A DNA stretch of 64,000 nt from Nemertoderma westbladi (taxonomy: Eukaryota > Animalia > Xenacoelomorpha): contig JAUCBJ010007057.1 of assembly GCA_032718475.1 (NCBI GenBank), forward strand, positions 17,494 to 81,493, written 5' to 3'. Under the pieces are notes generated by a model, which did no database searches, was not told the DNA's origin, and was given only the letters and a program-made list of their open reading frames with translations. The first letter of the stretch is position 1. Every line of letters begins with the position of its first letter. Of the stretch, positions 20,292 to 32,788 are shown piece after piece. A program made the position numbers and the translations under genes.

Positions 20292-22076
20292 ATGCTCATA
20301 TTGGAGAACATTCCATACCCTTTCGTTGATACTCAGCTGATTGCTCCCTGGGCAGAAGGCCGAGGTTTCTTCCGCACAATGTATGCCAATACACCCAGCA
20401 GCATTACTAAAGTACAACGAACCTCCATCGGACATCTTGCCTTTCAAGAATACGGATGGAATTTCAAGGTTGGAAATCCTATAAATTACCAACAAGTATA
20501 TGGAGATCATTATTCTCGTTTATACTTTGATGGACCATTGACTGCACCTGGCGCCGTGTATAGCTTTATGAGTGTTCCACTTCGTCCCTCCTTAGCTATA
20601 TACACGATCTTTGAAAACGCAGCACTTGCCGGTTGGCTAGCCGATGTGTGCAGTCGTACCATACGCGCCCATCCATTAATACTTGGAACCAAACTCGCCA
20701 AGTTAGATGAACACAATAAATTCATCCGCTTCGAATGTTTCAGGCGCTTTCTGACTCCGTTCCGTAACGTTGATAGTCAGTTCAAGGACCGCGCTCTGAC
20801 CAAACTCAGCCTAAGAGACTCAGCTGCGGAGAAGCTAAACAGCGCGGGATTTGCTCTCTTTCAGGACGTTTGTATACAGAACTTACATTCATCTGTTATA
20901 CAAAGACCCCGAATACCCACAGGTTATTCTGTCGTGGAAGTTCAGACAGTGGGTCCGCTTGCGGAGACAGCCGCACCTACCTCAGCTATGCAATTGGAAG
21001 ACGAACCAATCTGCTTAGAGTCTGAAGCGATCCAGCCTACAGCGCCCCGGAGCAGCGATAACGATTACGTCTTGGAGTGGTATCAAGGTCCACAATGTCT
21101 CACCGCATACGATTATCGACACGCCAACTATGTTTCTCGAAAACGTTGTCGATTATGCGCATCGAGAGACCATTTCACCCCTATGGACTCAGACGTACCC
21201 TGCTCCTATTTCCACGAACAGCCGATGATGGAGATCTATTGTGCGTATTGCAGACTTAATAACTCGCATATTTTTGCAGTCTGCCCCCAATTTATGACCC
21301 AATGTCACCACTGTCAACTTAAAGGACATGCCAGTTATAATTGCCCCTTTAACCGCGATTTAGAAAGCGTAGATGAGATGATTACCCTGCGCTACATCCG
21401 AGCTTGGGAAGCGAACGCGGATTTACATTGTGAGGCCCGCCATCGCTACTACCCTGGACGCTCTTACGAGGGAGTTTACGCGTTCCATCCTTATTTATTC
21501 GCGTCTGTGGAACAAAAAACACGCACACCGAGTTACGAACTAATGAAGCGTGTTGGTGAGTGTATTTCCACCAAATTTGTTCGAAAATATCTTAGGAACG
21601 TCAATCCTAATGATATTACTTCATACCATTTGATCAATTACATCCGTCAAGACCCTGAGTATGGCGATTTATTTATCAACTCGCACCCTGAGTTACAGGA
21701 AGTATCTCGACGGCCCTACGAATATCGAGCCCGAGAACGCGAGCTGGAAAGAACCATTAAACCAAGGAAGTTTCTCACCACTCACGGTCCGCCTACCGCC
21801 ATTGTCCAGACGACCCGTCAAGGACCCGTAGGAGCTGCTGTCCTAAGACGCGCCCTAAAGGCCGTTAGACCTCGCTCCACTGAAGTTGATATCGATCAAC
21901 CAGGTACCTCGACCGGAGGATACACCGATCGTAATCCTAAACCTTCTGATGCAATTGTATTGCACCCTTCACCCAGGAGCTACAGCCCTCCTAGTAAAGT
22001 GGCTCGCCCCAAAGAGAAAAGGACTCTTGCTAGCCTCAAAAAACTGCGTAAACGCCGTCCGCGTAAGAAAGACTAA
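20292..22076 (+). CDS. E1 accessory ORF3, 594 aa: triple zinc-knuckle protein with basic C-terminus (not env)
   Basis: CX2CX4HX9C, CX2CX5HX4C and CX2CX4HX4C motifs; ends KKLRKRRPRKKD; last ~50 aa conserved in E2; no evident signal peptide or TM anchor. The true start is uncertain. Confidence 0.75.
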   Translation: MLILENIPYPFVDTQLIAPWAEGRGFFRTMYANTPSSITKVQRTSIGHLAFQEYGWNFKVGNPINYQQVYGDHYSRLYFDGPLTAPGAVYSFMSVPLRPSLAIYTIFENAALAGWLADVCSRTIRAHPLILGTKLAKLDEHNKFIRFECFRRFLTPFRNVDSQFKDRALTKLSLRDSAAEKLNSAGFALFQDVCIQNLHSSVIQRPRIPTGYSVVEVQTVGPLAETAAPTSAMQLEDEPICLESEAIQPTAPRSSDNDYVLEWYQGPQCLTAYDYRHANYVSRKRCRLCASRDHFTPMDSDVPCSYFHEQPMMEIYCAYCRLNNSHIFAVCPQFMTQCHHCQLKGHASYNCPFNRDLESVDEMITLRYIRAWEANADLHCEARHRYYPGRSYEGVYAFHPYLFASVEQKTRTPSYELMKRVGECISTKFVRKYLRNVNPNDITSYHLINYIRQDPEYGDLFINSHPELQEVSRRPYEYRARERELERTIKPRKFLTTHGPPTAIVQTTRQGPVGAAVLRRALKAVRPRSTEVDIDQPGTSTGGYTDRNPKPSDAIVLHPSPRSYSPPSKVARPKEKRTLASLKKLRKRRPRKKD

Positions 22077-22144
22077 CTGTTTAGAGTATTTTTATATTTT
22101 AGAAACTGTGATTTGTTATATTTTATAGACTTAAATCCCATTTT

Positions 22145-22154
22145 CTGGGAGCGG
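22145..22154 (+). promoter_or_regulatory. E1 polypurine tract
   Basis: CTGGGAGCGG immediately before the 3' LTR; identical in E2 (33970-33979, minus strand). Confidence 0.8.
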
Positions 22155-23339
22155 TGTAAAGGCTTTTGCGTAATTAGCCGGTTATTTTCCCCGTAAAGTA
22201 CTCTGTAGTTGGTTTAACAGGCATAAAAGGCCGTGTCCTTACTGTACTGTTGTTTTAGAGGACATAAAAGCCATTTCTTCTGTATGTGTACTTTAACGGA
22301 CATGATTAGCAATTTTATGACGCAATGCGCCAAATCCTCTGTAAACAGTGTAGCTACCATGACGACGGCTAACAGCTGATGCTGTACACGTGTAGCTTTT
22401 CTTTGTTCTCTGTGCCTTCTTTGTTCGGTCGACCAATCAGAGCGTTTTTTGCCTCTGTGTTGGAGATTGTATATAGAAACTCGTGGAGTTGAGTCAGTAT
22501 GTGATTTTGTCCACAGCCTACAACACCGGCGTGGAACCTCCGTGTTTCAGTCTTTAGCTCCAACATTAGTAGGCTTAATTATAGAACGTATATCCGTTAT
22601 CATCACTCATACCTCACTCACTTAACATATCTCATACCAATTCTGCATTCATAACCATTCATACCTTAAACTTTGTACTGCTATTTACTGTCGGTTATTC
22701 ATTATATTTGTTGATGGAATATTATATTTGGAATACTGATAAACAATCAGACACCCCAATCTTCTTGATATACTAAAGGTTAGAGAGACCGGATACATAT
22801 AACGATTGCGACTTACATTAAGTGGTTTGAAGTGAATCTAATGCTATTTTATAGGCCCTACACGTATTGTCTGTTGTTCTCCTTATATGTGACTAAAATT
22901 AGTGAAGGTCGGCAGATTAGTGTGCAGCATTGTGCAGTATTGTGTATGATCGTGATTGATAACGAAGCATCTCCTAAAGAATGCGCCATATACGTGAATC
23001 TATAGCCATCCCGTTGTGTCTAGTTTAAGTCATAACTCTGTTTATATATTTAGAGCGCCACGTCCTAAAGGAACTGTTAATATTTCCCGAAAGTGAATAA
23101 TATTTGTCAGAAATTATATATATTACGATCAGTCGAATAATACAGTATGCCTACCCCGCAATACGGTTAGGCTCCCGAATCCAGTCTCCCGGGTATATCC
23201 AGCGGGTGAATGATCGCGCATAGACTGGTTTCGGCTAATGTAGTGTATCAAATACTTGTCATAGGCTAAAGACTATCTATCATCTAAAAGACATCCAAAT
23301 TTGGCAGGTTAAACTGCTAAAGGTCTGAAAGCGCGAACA
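22155..23339 (+). repeat. E1 3' LTR (1185 bp)
   Basis: TGTAAAGGC...GCGCGAACA; direct repeat of 6373-7550. Confidence 0.97.
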
Positions 23340-24196
23340 CATCCATACACTATGTTACCGCTGGTTAATGCCTACCACTTCATCCGTTCGTTTATTTCTA
23401 CCATCCATACACTATGTTATCGCTGGTTAATGCCTACCACTTCATCCGTTCGTTTATTTCTACCATCCATACATTATGTTACCGCTGGTGAATGCCTACC
23501 ACTTCATCTGTTCGTTTATTTCTATCACCCATACACTATGTTACCGCTGGTTAATGCCTACCACTTCATCCGTTCGTTTATTTCTACCATCCATACACTA
23601 TGTTACCGCTGGTTAATGCCTACCACTTTATCCGTTCCTTTATTTCTACCATCCATACACTATGTTACCGCTGGTTAATGCCTACCACTTCATCCGTTCG
23701 TTTATTTCTATCATCCATACACTATGTTACCGCTGGTTAATGCCTACCACTTCATCCGTTCGTTTATTTCTACCATCCATACACTATGTTACCGCTGGTT
23801 AATGCCTACCACTTCATCCGTTCGTTTATTTCTACCACCCATACACTATGTTACCGCTGATTAATGCCTACCACTTCATCCGTTCGTTTATTTCTACCAT
23901 CCATACACTATGTTACCGCTGGTTAATGCCTACCACTTCATCCGTTCGTTTATTTCTATTATCCATACACTATGTTACCGCTGGTTAATGCCTACCACTT
24001 CATCCGTTCGTTTATTTCCACCATCCATACACTATGTTACCGCTGGTTAATGCCTACCACTTCATCCGTTCGTTTATTTCTACCATCCATACACTATGTT
24101 ACCGCTGGTTAATGCCTACCACTTCATCCGTTCGTTTATTTCTATTATCCATACACTATGTTACCGCTGGTTAATGCCTACCACTTCATCCGTTCG
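23340..24196. repeat. 62-bp satellite, right arm (~14 units)
   Basis: The same unit resumes in register directly after the E1 3' LTR. Confidence 0.98.
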
Positions 24197-24926
24197 ATTA
24201 AATATTTACGTATACAAATACAGTACATTATCGTTATTTTGTACCTTTAACATGTATAAATTCACAGCTATTATATTTACTTATTAAATTTGTTAAATTA
24301 TTGAAATAGATACTTTTATCGCAGAAATAAATATATTAAATGCCAAAGAAAAAACTGGTGTACCACTAAAGAATAAAATAATATAAACGTTAATGTGAAA
24401 GCTGCCTAAAATATATTCTGGCTTCCTTTAGCGCATCCTTTACCTTCATTTGGAGACCAATCAATATAAACTGTAACGTAACTAACCTAACCCATCAAGC
24501 TCAGGCAATACACCATGTCCTGGAATATAGTATCGTTATTCAGGTACATGCTCCCTCCCCACCCCCCCCCCCCCCCCCCCCCCCCCCCCAAAAAAAGAAA
24601 ATTCAATTCTACAAATCTTGATGATATTGCATCAAATTTGAAACATAGATAGTTTCTCCTCCTTCCTTCTCCGTGGGTGAGAATTTTTATTCAGATTATT
24701 TATTTTCGCTTTCGTTCTTTCGCTACAAGTACATATATTTTGAAAAAATATCTTCATCGATATTACCTCAGTCGCACTGCAGTTACTTCTCAGTCTTATA
24801 AATACTCGTTCGTACTCGTTGGAAACCTTGCGTTGCAACGATTCCAAATATGTAAAAATATTTCAATTTGGTTGGGAAATAGCCAAGATATGGGCCTTCG
24901 AAAGTTGCATGTATTTGCTTCCACTG

Positions 24927-25099
24927 CAGGCCAATTATTCTATTTAATAAATACACCATGTTCTGGAACATTTTGTTTATGTATGAATATCCACGTACTA
25001 GTATTATTATTAGAGGCATTGCACTGTTGCCCAGCTACTTATGAGATAAACAAACTGTTCTAGAACATGGTGTATTTATTAAATAGAATAAATGGCCTG
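24927..25099. mobile_element. MITE-like element with ~54-bp TIRs
   Basis: CAGGCCAATTATTCTATTTAATAAATACACCATGTTCT... is matched by its reverse complement ending ...AATGGCCTG; no clear TSD. Confidence 0.7.
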
Positions 25100-25268
25100 G
25101 CTTTACTGATAGTTACGGAAAATCTAGCAAAAGTTTTGCGATAGTGATTTGCAGGAGCGCAATTTTGATGTTGAGCATTATTGCATTATTGAACATTATA
25201 AGCAATTATTCTCACTGCAGTAGGCCGATTGTGGATATAAGTTTGTAAGTATGCCTACCAACCTAAAA

Positions 25269-25900
25269 GTAAAGTATTTTATTCCAAAATTGTAACATTA
25301 CTCAACGCCGTTAGTATTAACAGCGAGTTGTTATTTAGCACTTTACAACTTTAGAGGACATTTGAAGCATTGTATTGGCCTGTACATTTAGTATTGTATT
25401 TGGTGTTATTGTTTACGTGGTAACCAATGGCGGCGTTAAGTAATGTCCACTAAGGTGACATTACTTAACGCCGTCATTGGTTACCACGTAAACAATAGGT
25501 AGAAATTTGCCTGACAGCCAGATAGGCCTACTGCATTACCTACCGGTAGGCGGGGTATAGCTATTATTAACCAGTAGCTAAATTATTAACATGGATCCAA
25601 ACACCACTATAAATATAAGCTAACTTATTTATAACATAATTTATGTCATTTTTACATTTATTTATACAGCAACTAATATAATTTGTGCAGTTTCTATCAC
25701 TTATAATGTATATGTACAATCATTTCGTAATGTTACAATTTTGGAATAAAACTACATACATACTTGTTGCAAAGTACTTTACAGTGTTCTGATCCTCGTG
25801 ACTTTATTTTCACTCACTCACTAAACGTTCGTGTAACAAAGTCACTCGGATCATCACACTGTAAAGTGCTACTTTACACACAAGTATGTAAATAGTTATT
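25269..25900 (+). mobile_element. Non-autonomous TIR element; left arm of a 3.3-kb inverted repeat
   Basis: Reverse-complement copy at 27933-28575; internal TIR pair TTTTATTCCAAAATTGTAACATTAC (~25277 and ~25727-25751); ~90-bp palindrome at ~25408-25496. Confidence 0.8.
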
Positions 25901-26736
25901 CTTTACATGCTTAAACTTTATTTAAACTATAAAAAATATTTGATTTAAACAGGACTTTGGATAAACAACGAATTCATAAACTTTAATAAATATTTTCTAA
26001 TTTTCATAAAGTAGAGAGGAATTATACACAAAAAAGTCTCTCCATACTTTATAGTACTGTAACTAATCTATAAACCCCAACTCACATTGAAAACGCTGCC
26101 ACCTAACAGCTAAATTTGTCAAATAAAAAAATGCGAATGTTTATTGTGGATAGATAGAACGGCGATGAAAGTCGTGATGATTCGACTTGTACATATTAAT
26201 GGTTCATTTAACGGAAACGGAGTGTTGTGACTGGAGGAAACAGCATATAAACTATTCAAACTGAACAATTTAGACAGCGAATTTGATAAGATAAATCGAT
26301 AAATGACATGAAGGCAAGGGAGGGGAGCCTTAACTTCATTACTGTTTGTTTCGTGAGCAGTTAATGTAGTTCCCCTAAAAACATCAGTGTCATGCAGCAA
26401 TTACTTGCAGCTTTGCAATTTTTATTGAGGAAGTTCTGACATTGTTAGGAACCAAATTAAATGCGAAATCGATTTATGCCAACAATATCCACGAATAATA
26501 TAACTGAAATTCAAATTATCCATAATTTATTTGCTCTACCATGGAATACTAAATATACACGGAACCAGATAGATGTCCGATACACTGTAGATAACTAAGT
26601 ATAATAACTCTATAGATAACTAAGTATAATAACTCTATAATAGCTTATTTTATCTTATGTACATTACTAATTCGTTTTAAAGTGTAACATTACTAATTCG
26701 TTTTAAAGTGTAACATTACGAATTCGTTTTAAAGTA

Positions 26737-27626
26737 CACCATAATCCCTTAATACAACAACCATTTTTAGGGGGTCGGAGCCCCCCCCCCCCCCCCCCTA
26801 ATTTTTTTCAAATTTCAATAAAATGCTACGAAATTCGGTATGATGATAGATCGACACCTTTTCTTACTGGTGGCCTGACCGGATTTTTCAATTTCTCAGT
26901 TATTTCCATACAACAATCCCTTAAAAAATGTCTATTTAGCAATGTTTAACCACCTCCCGTAGACTTTATTTTTACGTCTTTGAAATGTATTCTAGATATC
27001 ATTCGAAGCGCCTTCGTCTGTAGATTCCGAATCTGAAAACCGTTTTAAATTTAACCAATAATTGGTAAAGATATTATCAAAATACTATTGTGTAAATTTA
27101 GAGACCTAAATCGCTATAATTCTGATGTTTTGTTGTCTTTATTCTAGAATATTCATTATTATTTAGCTGAGCGTTTAAAACTCTCCATCTTGTTTTTTCA
27201 TTATCCATAATTAATATTCTAGAATTGAGTAAATAAAACATTAGAATTATAGCGATTTACGTCACAAAAATTTACACCTTAATATTTTGATAATATCTCC
27301 GGAAGTTCTTGGTGAAATTTTCAACGGGTTTCATATTCGGAATCTGCAGATGAAGGCGGTTCTAATGATATCTAGATCTCATTCCAAAGACGAAAAATAA
27401 AGCTGACGGAGGTGGCTAAATATTGCGAAATAGGCGATTTTTAACGGCTTGTTGTATCGAAATAGTTCATAAATTAAAAAATCCGGCCAGGCCACCAGTA
27501 AGAAAAGGTATCGATCTTTCATCATACTAAATTTCGTAGCATTTTATTGAAATTTGAAAAAAATTATGGGGGGGGGGGGGGGGCTCCGACCCCATAAAAA
27601 TGGTTGTTGTATTAAGGGAGACGGTG
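26737..27626. mobile_element. Foldback MITE, ~890 bp, TA-flanked (Tc1/mariner-type TSD)
   Basis: TA|CACC...GGTG|TA; arms of ~400 bp are imperfect reverse complements with poly-C/poly-G tracts near the ends. Confidence 0.8.
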
Positions 27627-27649
27627 TATACATATTACTAATTCGTTTA

Positions 27650-27905
27650 CACCATTTCGCTTGATACAACAACCATTTTTAGGGGGTCGGGGCGCCCCCC
27701 CCCCCCCCCCTAATTATTTTAAATTTCAATTAAATGCTAGGGAATTTGGTATGATGATTACATAGCTGCAACAAGCTGTTGAATAATTTAGCAATGCTTA
27801 GCAACGCATCTCGGTCGAATTTATTCTAGAATGTAATTCATCCAGAACCGCAGAAATCTGAAAACCGTTTTTAATTTCATCAAAAATTACCAAAGATATT
27901 ATAAT
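27650..27905 (+). mobile_element. Truncated second copy of the foldback MITE
   Basis: Repeats the left end (ATACAACAACCATTTTTAGGGGGTCGG) and an internal piece (AATCTGAAAACCGTTTT). Confidence 0.7.
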
Positions 27906-27932
27906 AACTTGGGGATTGGAATACTTTGGAAT

Positions 27933-28575
27933 AATAACTATTTACATACTTGTGTGTAGAGTAGCACTTTACAGTGTGATGATCAGAGTGGCTTTGTTAC
28001 ACGAACGAATGTTAGTGAGTGAGTGAAAATAAAGCTACGAGGATCAGAACACTGTAAATTACTTTGCAACAAGTATGTATGTAGTTTTATTCCAAAATTG
28101 TAACATTACAAAATGATTGTACATATACATTATAAGTGATAGAAACTGCACAAATTATATTAGTTGCTTTATAAATAAATGTAAAAGTGACATAAATTAT
28201 GTTATAAATAAGTTAGCTTATATTTATGGTGGCGTTTGGAGCCATGTTATAATAATATAGCTACGCCCTACTAGTTATTAATAGCTATACCCCGCTTACC
28301 GGTAGGTACAGTAATGCAGTAGGCCTATCTGGCTGTTAGGCAAATTTCCACCAATTGTTTACGTGGTAACCCATGACGGCGTTAAGTAATGTACCCTTAA
28401 TGGACATTGATTAACGCCGTCATGGGTTACCACGTAAACAATAACACCAAATACAAAATGTACAGGCCAATACAATGCTGTAATGTCCTCTAACGTTGTA
28501 AAGTGCTAAATAACAACTCGCTGTTAATACCAACGGCGTTGAGTAATGTTACAATTTCGGAATAAAGTACTTTAC
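27933..28575 (-). mobile_element. Right arm of the 3.3-kb inverted repeat
   Basis: Reverse complement of 25269-25900 with scattered substitutions and small indels. Confidence 0.8.
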
Positions 28576-29034
28576 AGCATTAACACGCATGTGCTGCATA
28601 TATATACTAGTATGTGTATGTTAGAGGGTGCAGGCTCCACTGGGTCAATGACCTCTGTGGATACAGCCACGGGTAACTGGCGACCAGGACTACTTCTGGC
28701 ACGCCCCCTAGTTGAATTAATTTACTGACATTAAAGATACCATGGAACATAACATAAACTACAGAGCGCTTACTATACGACTCAAGGCCGCACGCAGAAA
28801 CATTAAGATCTGTTGCTTGCAATACCGCGCAAGAAAAAGTGCTGCTAGACCTACAAGACACTCCCATCTATGAAACACACTGTCCCAAACTTTACTTATA
28901 TATAATTATATTTCTCTATGCTTCGAAATATTTATGTCATTACGATATTTTAGTCATACGCATGACAGCCAGACATAATTTTCAGTAGTAATTTGTTATA
29001 TAAACACATTATAGTCAATACTAAAGGCCTTTAA

Positions 29035-29946
29035 CCCTATTTGGCCCGGGGGGGGTTCATTTTAGAAATTTTTTGTAATTCATCTCTATCTTTGAGTCAG
29101 ATTTGTTGGGAAAACCAAGATTTCGTAACTAAAATTTTATGGGCTATCCAAAAGAGCAAATGCCATTTACATGGCTATGTTAGTTTTCGTGTTGTGGTCC
29201 CTTTCTGGCACCCATTTCCAGTATTTTTCGTGCTAAGACATTTCAAAAGTTTTTATGGCTCAAATTTATTTATTTGCGGTATTTAGAGTTTTTTTGGATG
29301 CTGTTCACGATTATAGAACTCAATTATAACATTCGATAAAATTTTCGGTAATTTTGATTGTACCCCCTGGGGCACGACAAAAACAAACATTGCAAATATG
29401 ATAATGAAAAATCACCACAAAATTAAATTGATCTTATGACCATATGAGTTTTTGGGATGCTGATCAAGAATATGGCATTGAAATATATCAGATTAGGGAT
29501 TAGGGAAGTTTGGATATGTGTCAATGCGCGGTACGAAAAATACAAGTAGAACAAATTTTATAATTAAAAATCATTACCAAATCAACCTGGTTTTAAGACA
29601 TTATGGGTTTTCTGGGACGTTCATCACGAATATGACACTCAAAAATATCGTATAATCCAACCAAATTCGATTTATTTTTCGTCCCACCAGACCAGCACCC
29701 AAAACGATAGTTGCGTTACCACGAATGATTTTTATCGTAATCAGCGACATCGAAAACCAGTATAGCTTCCGAATTATAAAACCAAAAACAAAATTGTTTA
29801 GTTTGACATTTTTTAAGTTGGAGGCCTACTTTTCATCCTGGGGACCAAAATAACACCAAAAATTATGTATCGTAATCAGCTACCTCGAAAACCCTTATAC
29901 TATGAAATTGTAATTTTTGAGCCAAGATCTAAAAAATTTGATAGGG
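29035..29946. mobile_element. Possible non-autonomous piggyBac-type element
   Basis: TTAA|CCCTAT ... ATAGGG|TTAA; only 6 bp of TIR match; no transposase ORF. Confidence 0.55.
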
Positions 29947-30366
29947 TTAAGAATTTCCTTGAAAATGAAACATTAGAACCTTGAGGTAATGTAAGTATTG
30001 GTAGTGAGAATTATTTTATGCGACTGTTGAGAACAAAATAATACTTATATTGATCATAATAATTGGTTGCGGTATTTATTTAAATAAGAATGTTTCACTG
30101 AATGTGAACAATCAATAAACAATCAATCAGTCTCTCACTCACCCAAAATCCGAATACAGTAATTACAAATAAATAATATAATACAAATATAAGGCAACAG
30201 CATTTAATCACTTTCGAATGTCAGAGATATTGATTTGGCCACCTGACTGTTTATAACAACTATTTATTCTAAACAATTTCTTTCCGAGATATAGAGGAAT
30301 CTGCAGGCTTAAAGGAAGATAAACTGCAAATAAAAATATCATTTGCGGGATATATAGTACCGTCAT

Positions 30367-31346
30367 AATACACAGTAGGCCTACAATAAACTGTAGGCCT
30401 ACAATACACAGTAGGCCTACAATACACAGAAGGCCTACAATACACAGTATGCCTACAATACACAGTATGCCTACAATACACAGTAGGCCTACAATACACA
30501 ATAGTCTTACAATACACAGTATGCCTACAATACACAGTAGGCCTACAATACACAGTAGGCCTACAATACACAGTAGGCCTACAATACACAGTAGGCCTAC
30601 AATACACTACAGGCCTACAATACACAGTAGGCCTACAATACACAGTAGGCCTACAATACACAGTAGGCCTACAATACAATGTAGGCCTACAATACACAGT
30701 AGGCCTACAATACACAGTAGGCCTACAATACACAGTAGGCCTACAATACACAGTAGGCCTACAATACAATGTAGGCCTACAATACACAGTAGGCCTACAA
30801 TACACAGTAGGCCTACAATACAATGTAGGCCTACAATACACAGTAGGCCTACAAATACACAGTAGGCCTAAAATACACCGTAGGCCTACAATACACAGTA
30901 GGCCTACAATACAATGTAGGCCTACCATACACAGTAGGCCTACAATACACAGAAGGCCTACAATACAATCTAGGCCTACAATACACTGTAGGCCTACAAT
31001 ACACATTAGGCCTACCGTACACAGTAGGCCTACAATACACAGTAGGCCTACAATACAATGTAGGCCTACCATACACAGTAGGCATACAATACACAGTAGG
31101 CCTACAATACAATGTAGGTCTAAAATACACAGTAGGCCTACAATACACAGTAGGCCTACAATAAAATGTAGGCCTACAATACACAGTAGGCCTACAATAC
31201 ACAGTAGGCCTACAATACACAGTAGGCCTACAATACACTGTACGCCTACAATACACAGTAGGCCTACAATACACAGTAGGCCTACAATACACAGTAGGCC
31301 TACAATACACAGTAGGCCTACAATACACAGTAGGCCTACAATACAA
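30367..31346. repeat. 18-bp minisatellite AATACACAGTAGGCCTAC (~54 units)
   Basis: Tandem array; each unit carries the palindrome GTAGGCCTAC. Confidence 0.97.
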
Positions 31347-31722
31347 TATCGTTACTACTGTTGGTTCACATGTTAATTCTGAAAAAAATAAATGATGTCG
31401 TTATTTTGCAGACAACCATTTAGTAAATTTAAACAAATTTTCTAAGTTTCGGTTCAAATCACGGTTTTTGGGTAACAATTAGGTTATATTATGCCAAAAT
31501 TAAACAAAAAAAGCCACCACTGTCAGTTAGAGAAATATAAGTTTCATATATGATTTATACATTATGATTTAGTGAGTTTAAAATTTTTATAATTTAAAAC
31601 ATTAAGGGAAACTAGCAGGTTACAGTGGCGGTGTTTTCTAACCAAAACAATTAACGAAACTTTATTTCATATGCGACCAATTTGCGCCGTTTAAAGAGCA
31701 CTTTTTACACTTACCTGTCAAC

Positions 31723-32146
31723 GTGCGCCGCTATGTGCGCCGCTATGTGCGCCGCTATGTGCGCCGCTATGTGCGCCGCTATGTGCGCCGCTATGTGCGC
31801 CGCTATGTGCGCCGCTATGTGCGCCGCTATGTGCGCCGCAATGTGCGCCGCTGTGTGCGCCGCTGTGTGGGCCGCTGTGTGCGCCGCTATGTGCGCCGCT
31901 ATGTGCGCCGCTATGTGCGCCGCTATGTGCGCCGCTATGTGCGCCGTTGTGTGGGCCGCTGTGTGGGCCGCTGTGTGGGCCGCTGTGTGGGCCGCTGTGT
32001 TCGCCGCTATGTGGGCCGCTGTGTGCGCCGCTGTGTGCGCCGCTATGTGCGCCGCTGTGTGGACCGCTCGCTGTGTGGGCCGCTGTGTGCGCCCCTGTGT
32101 GCGCCGCTGTGTGGGCCGCTGTGTGCGCCGCTATGTGCGCCACTAT
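31723..32146. repeat. 12-bp GC-rich minisatellite GTGCGCCGCTAT (~35 units)
   Basis: Tandem array with variants becoming more frequent toward the right end. Confidence 0.97.
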
Positions 32147-32788
32147 CTGAGTTGAGTACAGTACATTATATAATAAATTTAGTCAACTGGGCAACAGGAC
32201 ATTGCTTTCGCCGGGAGGACCAGCAAGTGGGAAATAAGCATGACTTTTAAGAGGCCTCTTAAAGGGCACTGGCGCAGAAACTCGACTAGCCGGCATAGCA
32301 TTCTTTATGCCCACTGCATAACAGCGAGCCAATTGTAGATTGCATTGCGGTGGTACAAAAATATTTTTGTTAAGCCAGCATAATCTCAATCTGCAGCAGC
32401 AATGCAGCAGGCCGATTATAGATAGATAGAGACAGCGCTGCCTTTACCAAATAGATACCCACGAACAAACAACCTGATCTAATAATTTTATAAAGTCAGT
32501 AGGGAGTTTATCTGCATTATGGTTTAATTTTTGTATAATTTACTTAGATATTGTTAATATATAATAACCTTCTTATAAAATGATAAATATAAAATATAAT
32601 AGAGTGAAGTCATGGAATGCTATAGAGATCTCTATATAGCATTCGATGAGTGTTGTATTATACATAAAAATATATGTCTCTACCACACCAATAAATCTGT
32701 AATTTTTTGCTTGTAATATTCTTTACAAATTTAATTTATAATACTCGCTCTCCGTTAATATTTTTTATTGTCTACCATTTTACCCCGC

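Larger units (their letters stand above)
6373..23339 (+). mobile_element. Full-length BEL/Pao LTR retrotransposon E1 (~17.0 kb)
   Basis: TGT...ACA-bounded LTR pair, 5-bp TSD TATCC (6368-6372) / CATCC (23340-23344) with one mismatch, PPT, and a single gag-PR-RT-RH-IN ORF with BEL/Pao motifs. Confidence 0.97.

Noticed and set aside
20292-22076. Env glycoprotein or Nanos identity for ORF3
   Set aside because: No signal peptide or TM anchor; Cys/His spacing differs from the Nanos pattern.
30208-32250. Cys-rich or Ala-rich proteins (CRPTVY, CAAM, AHSG repeats)
   Set aside because: These are translations of 18-bp and 12-bp minisatellites, open in several frames on both strands.
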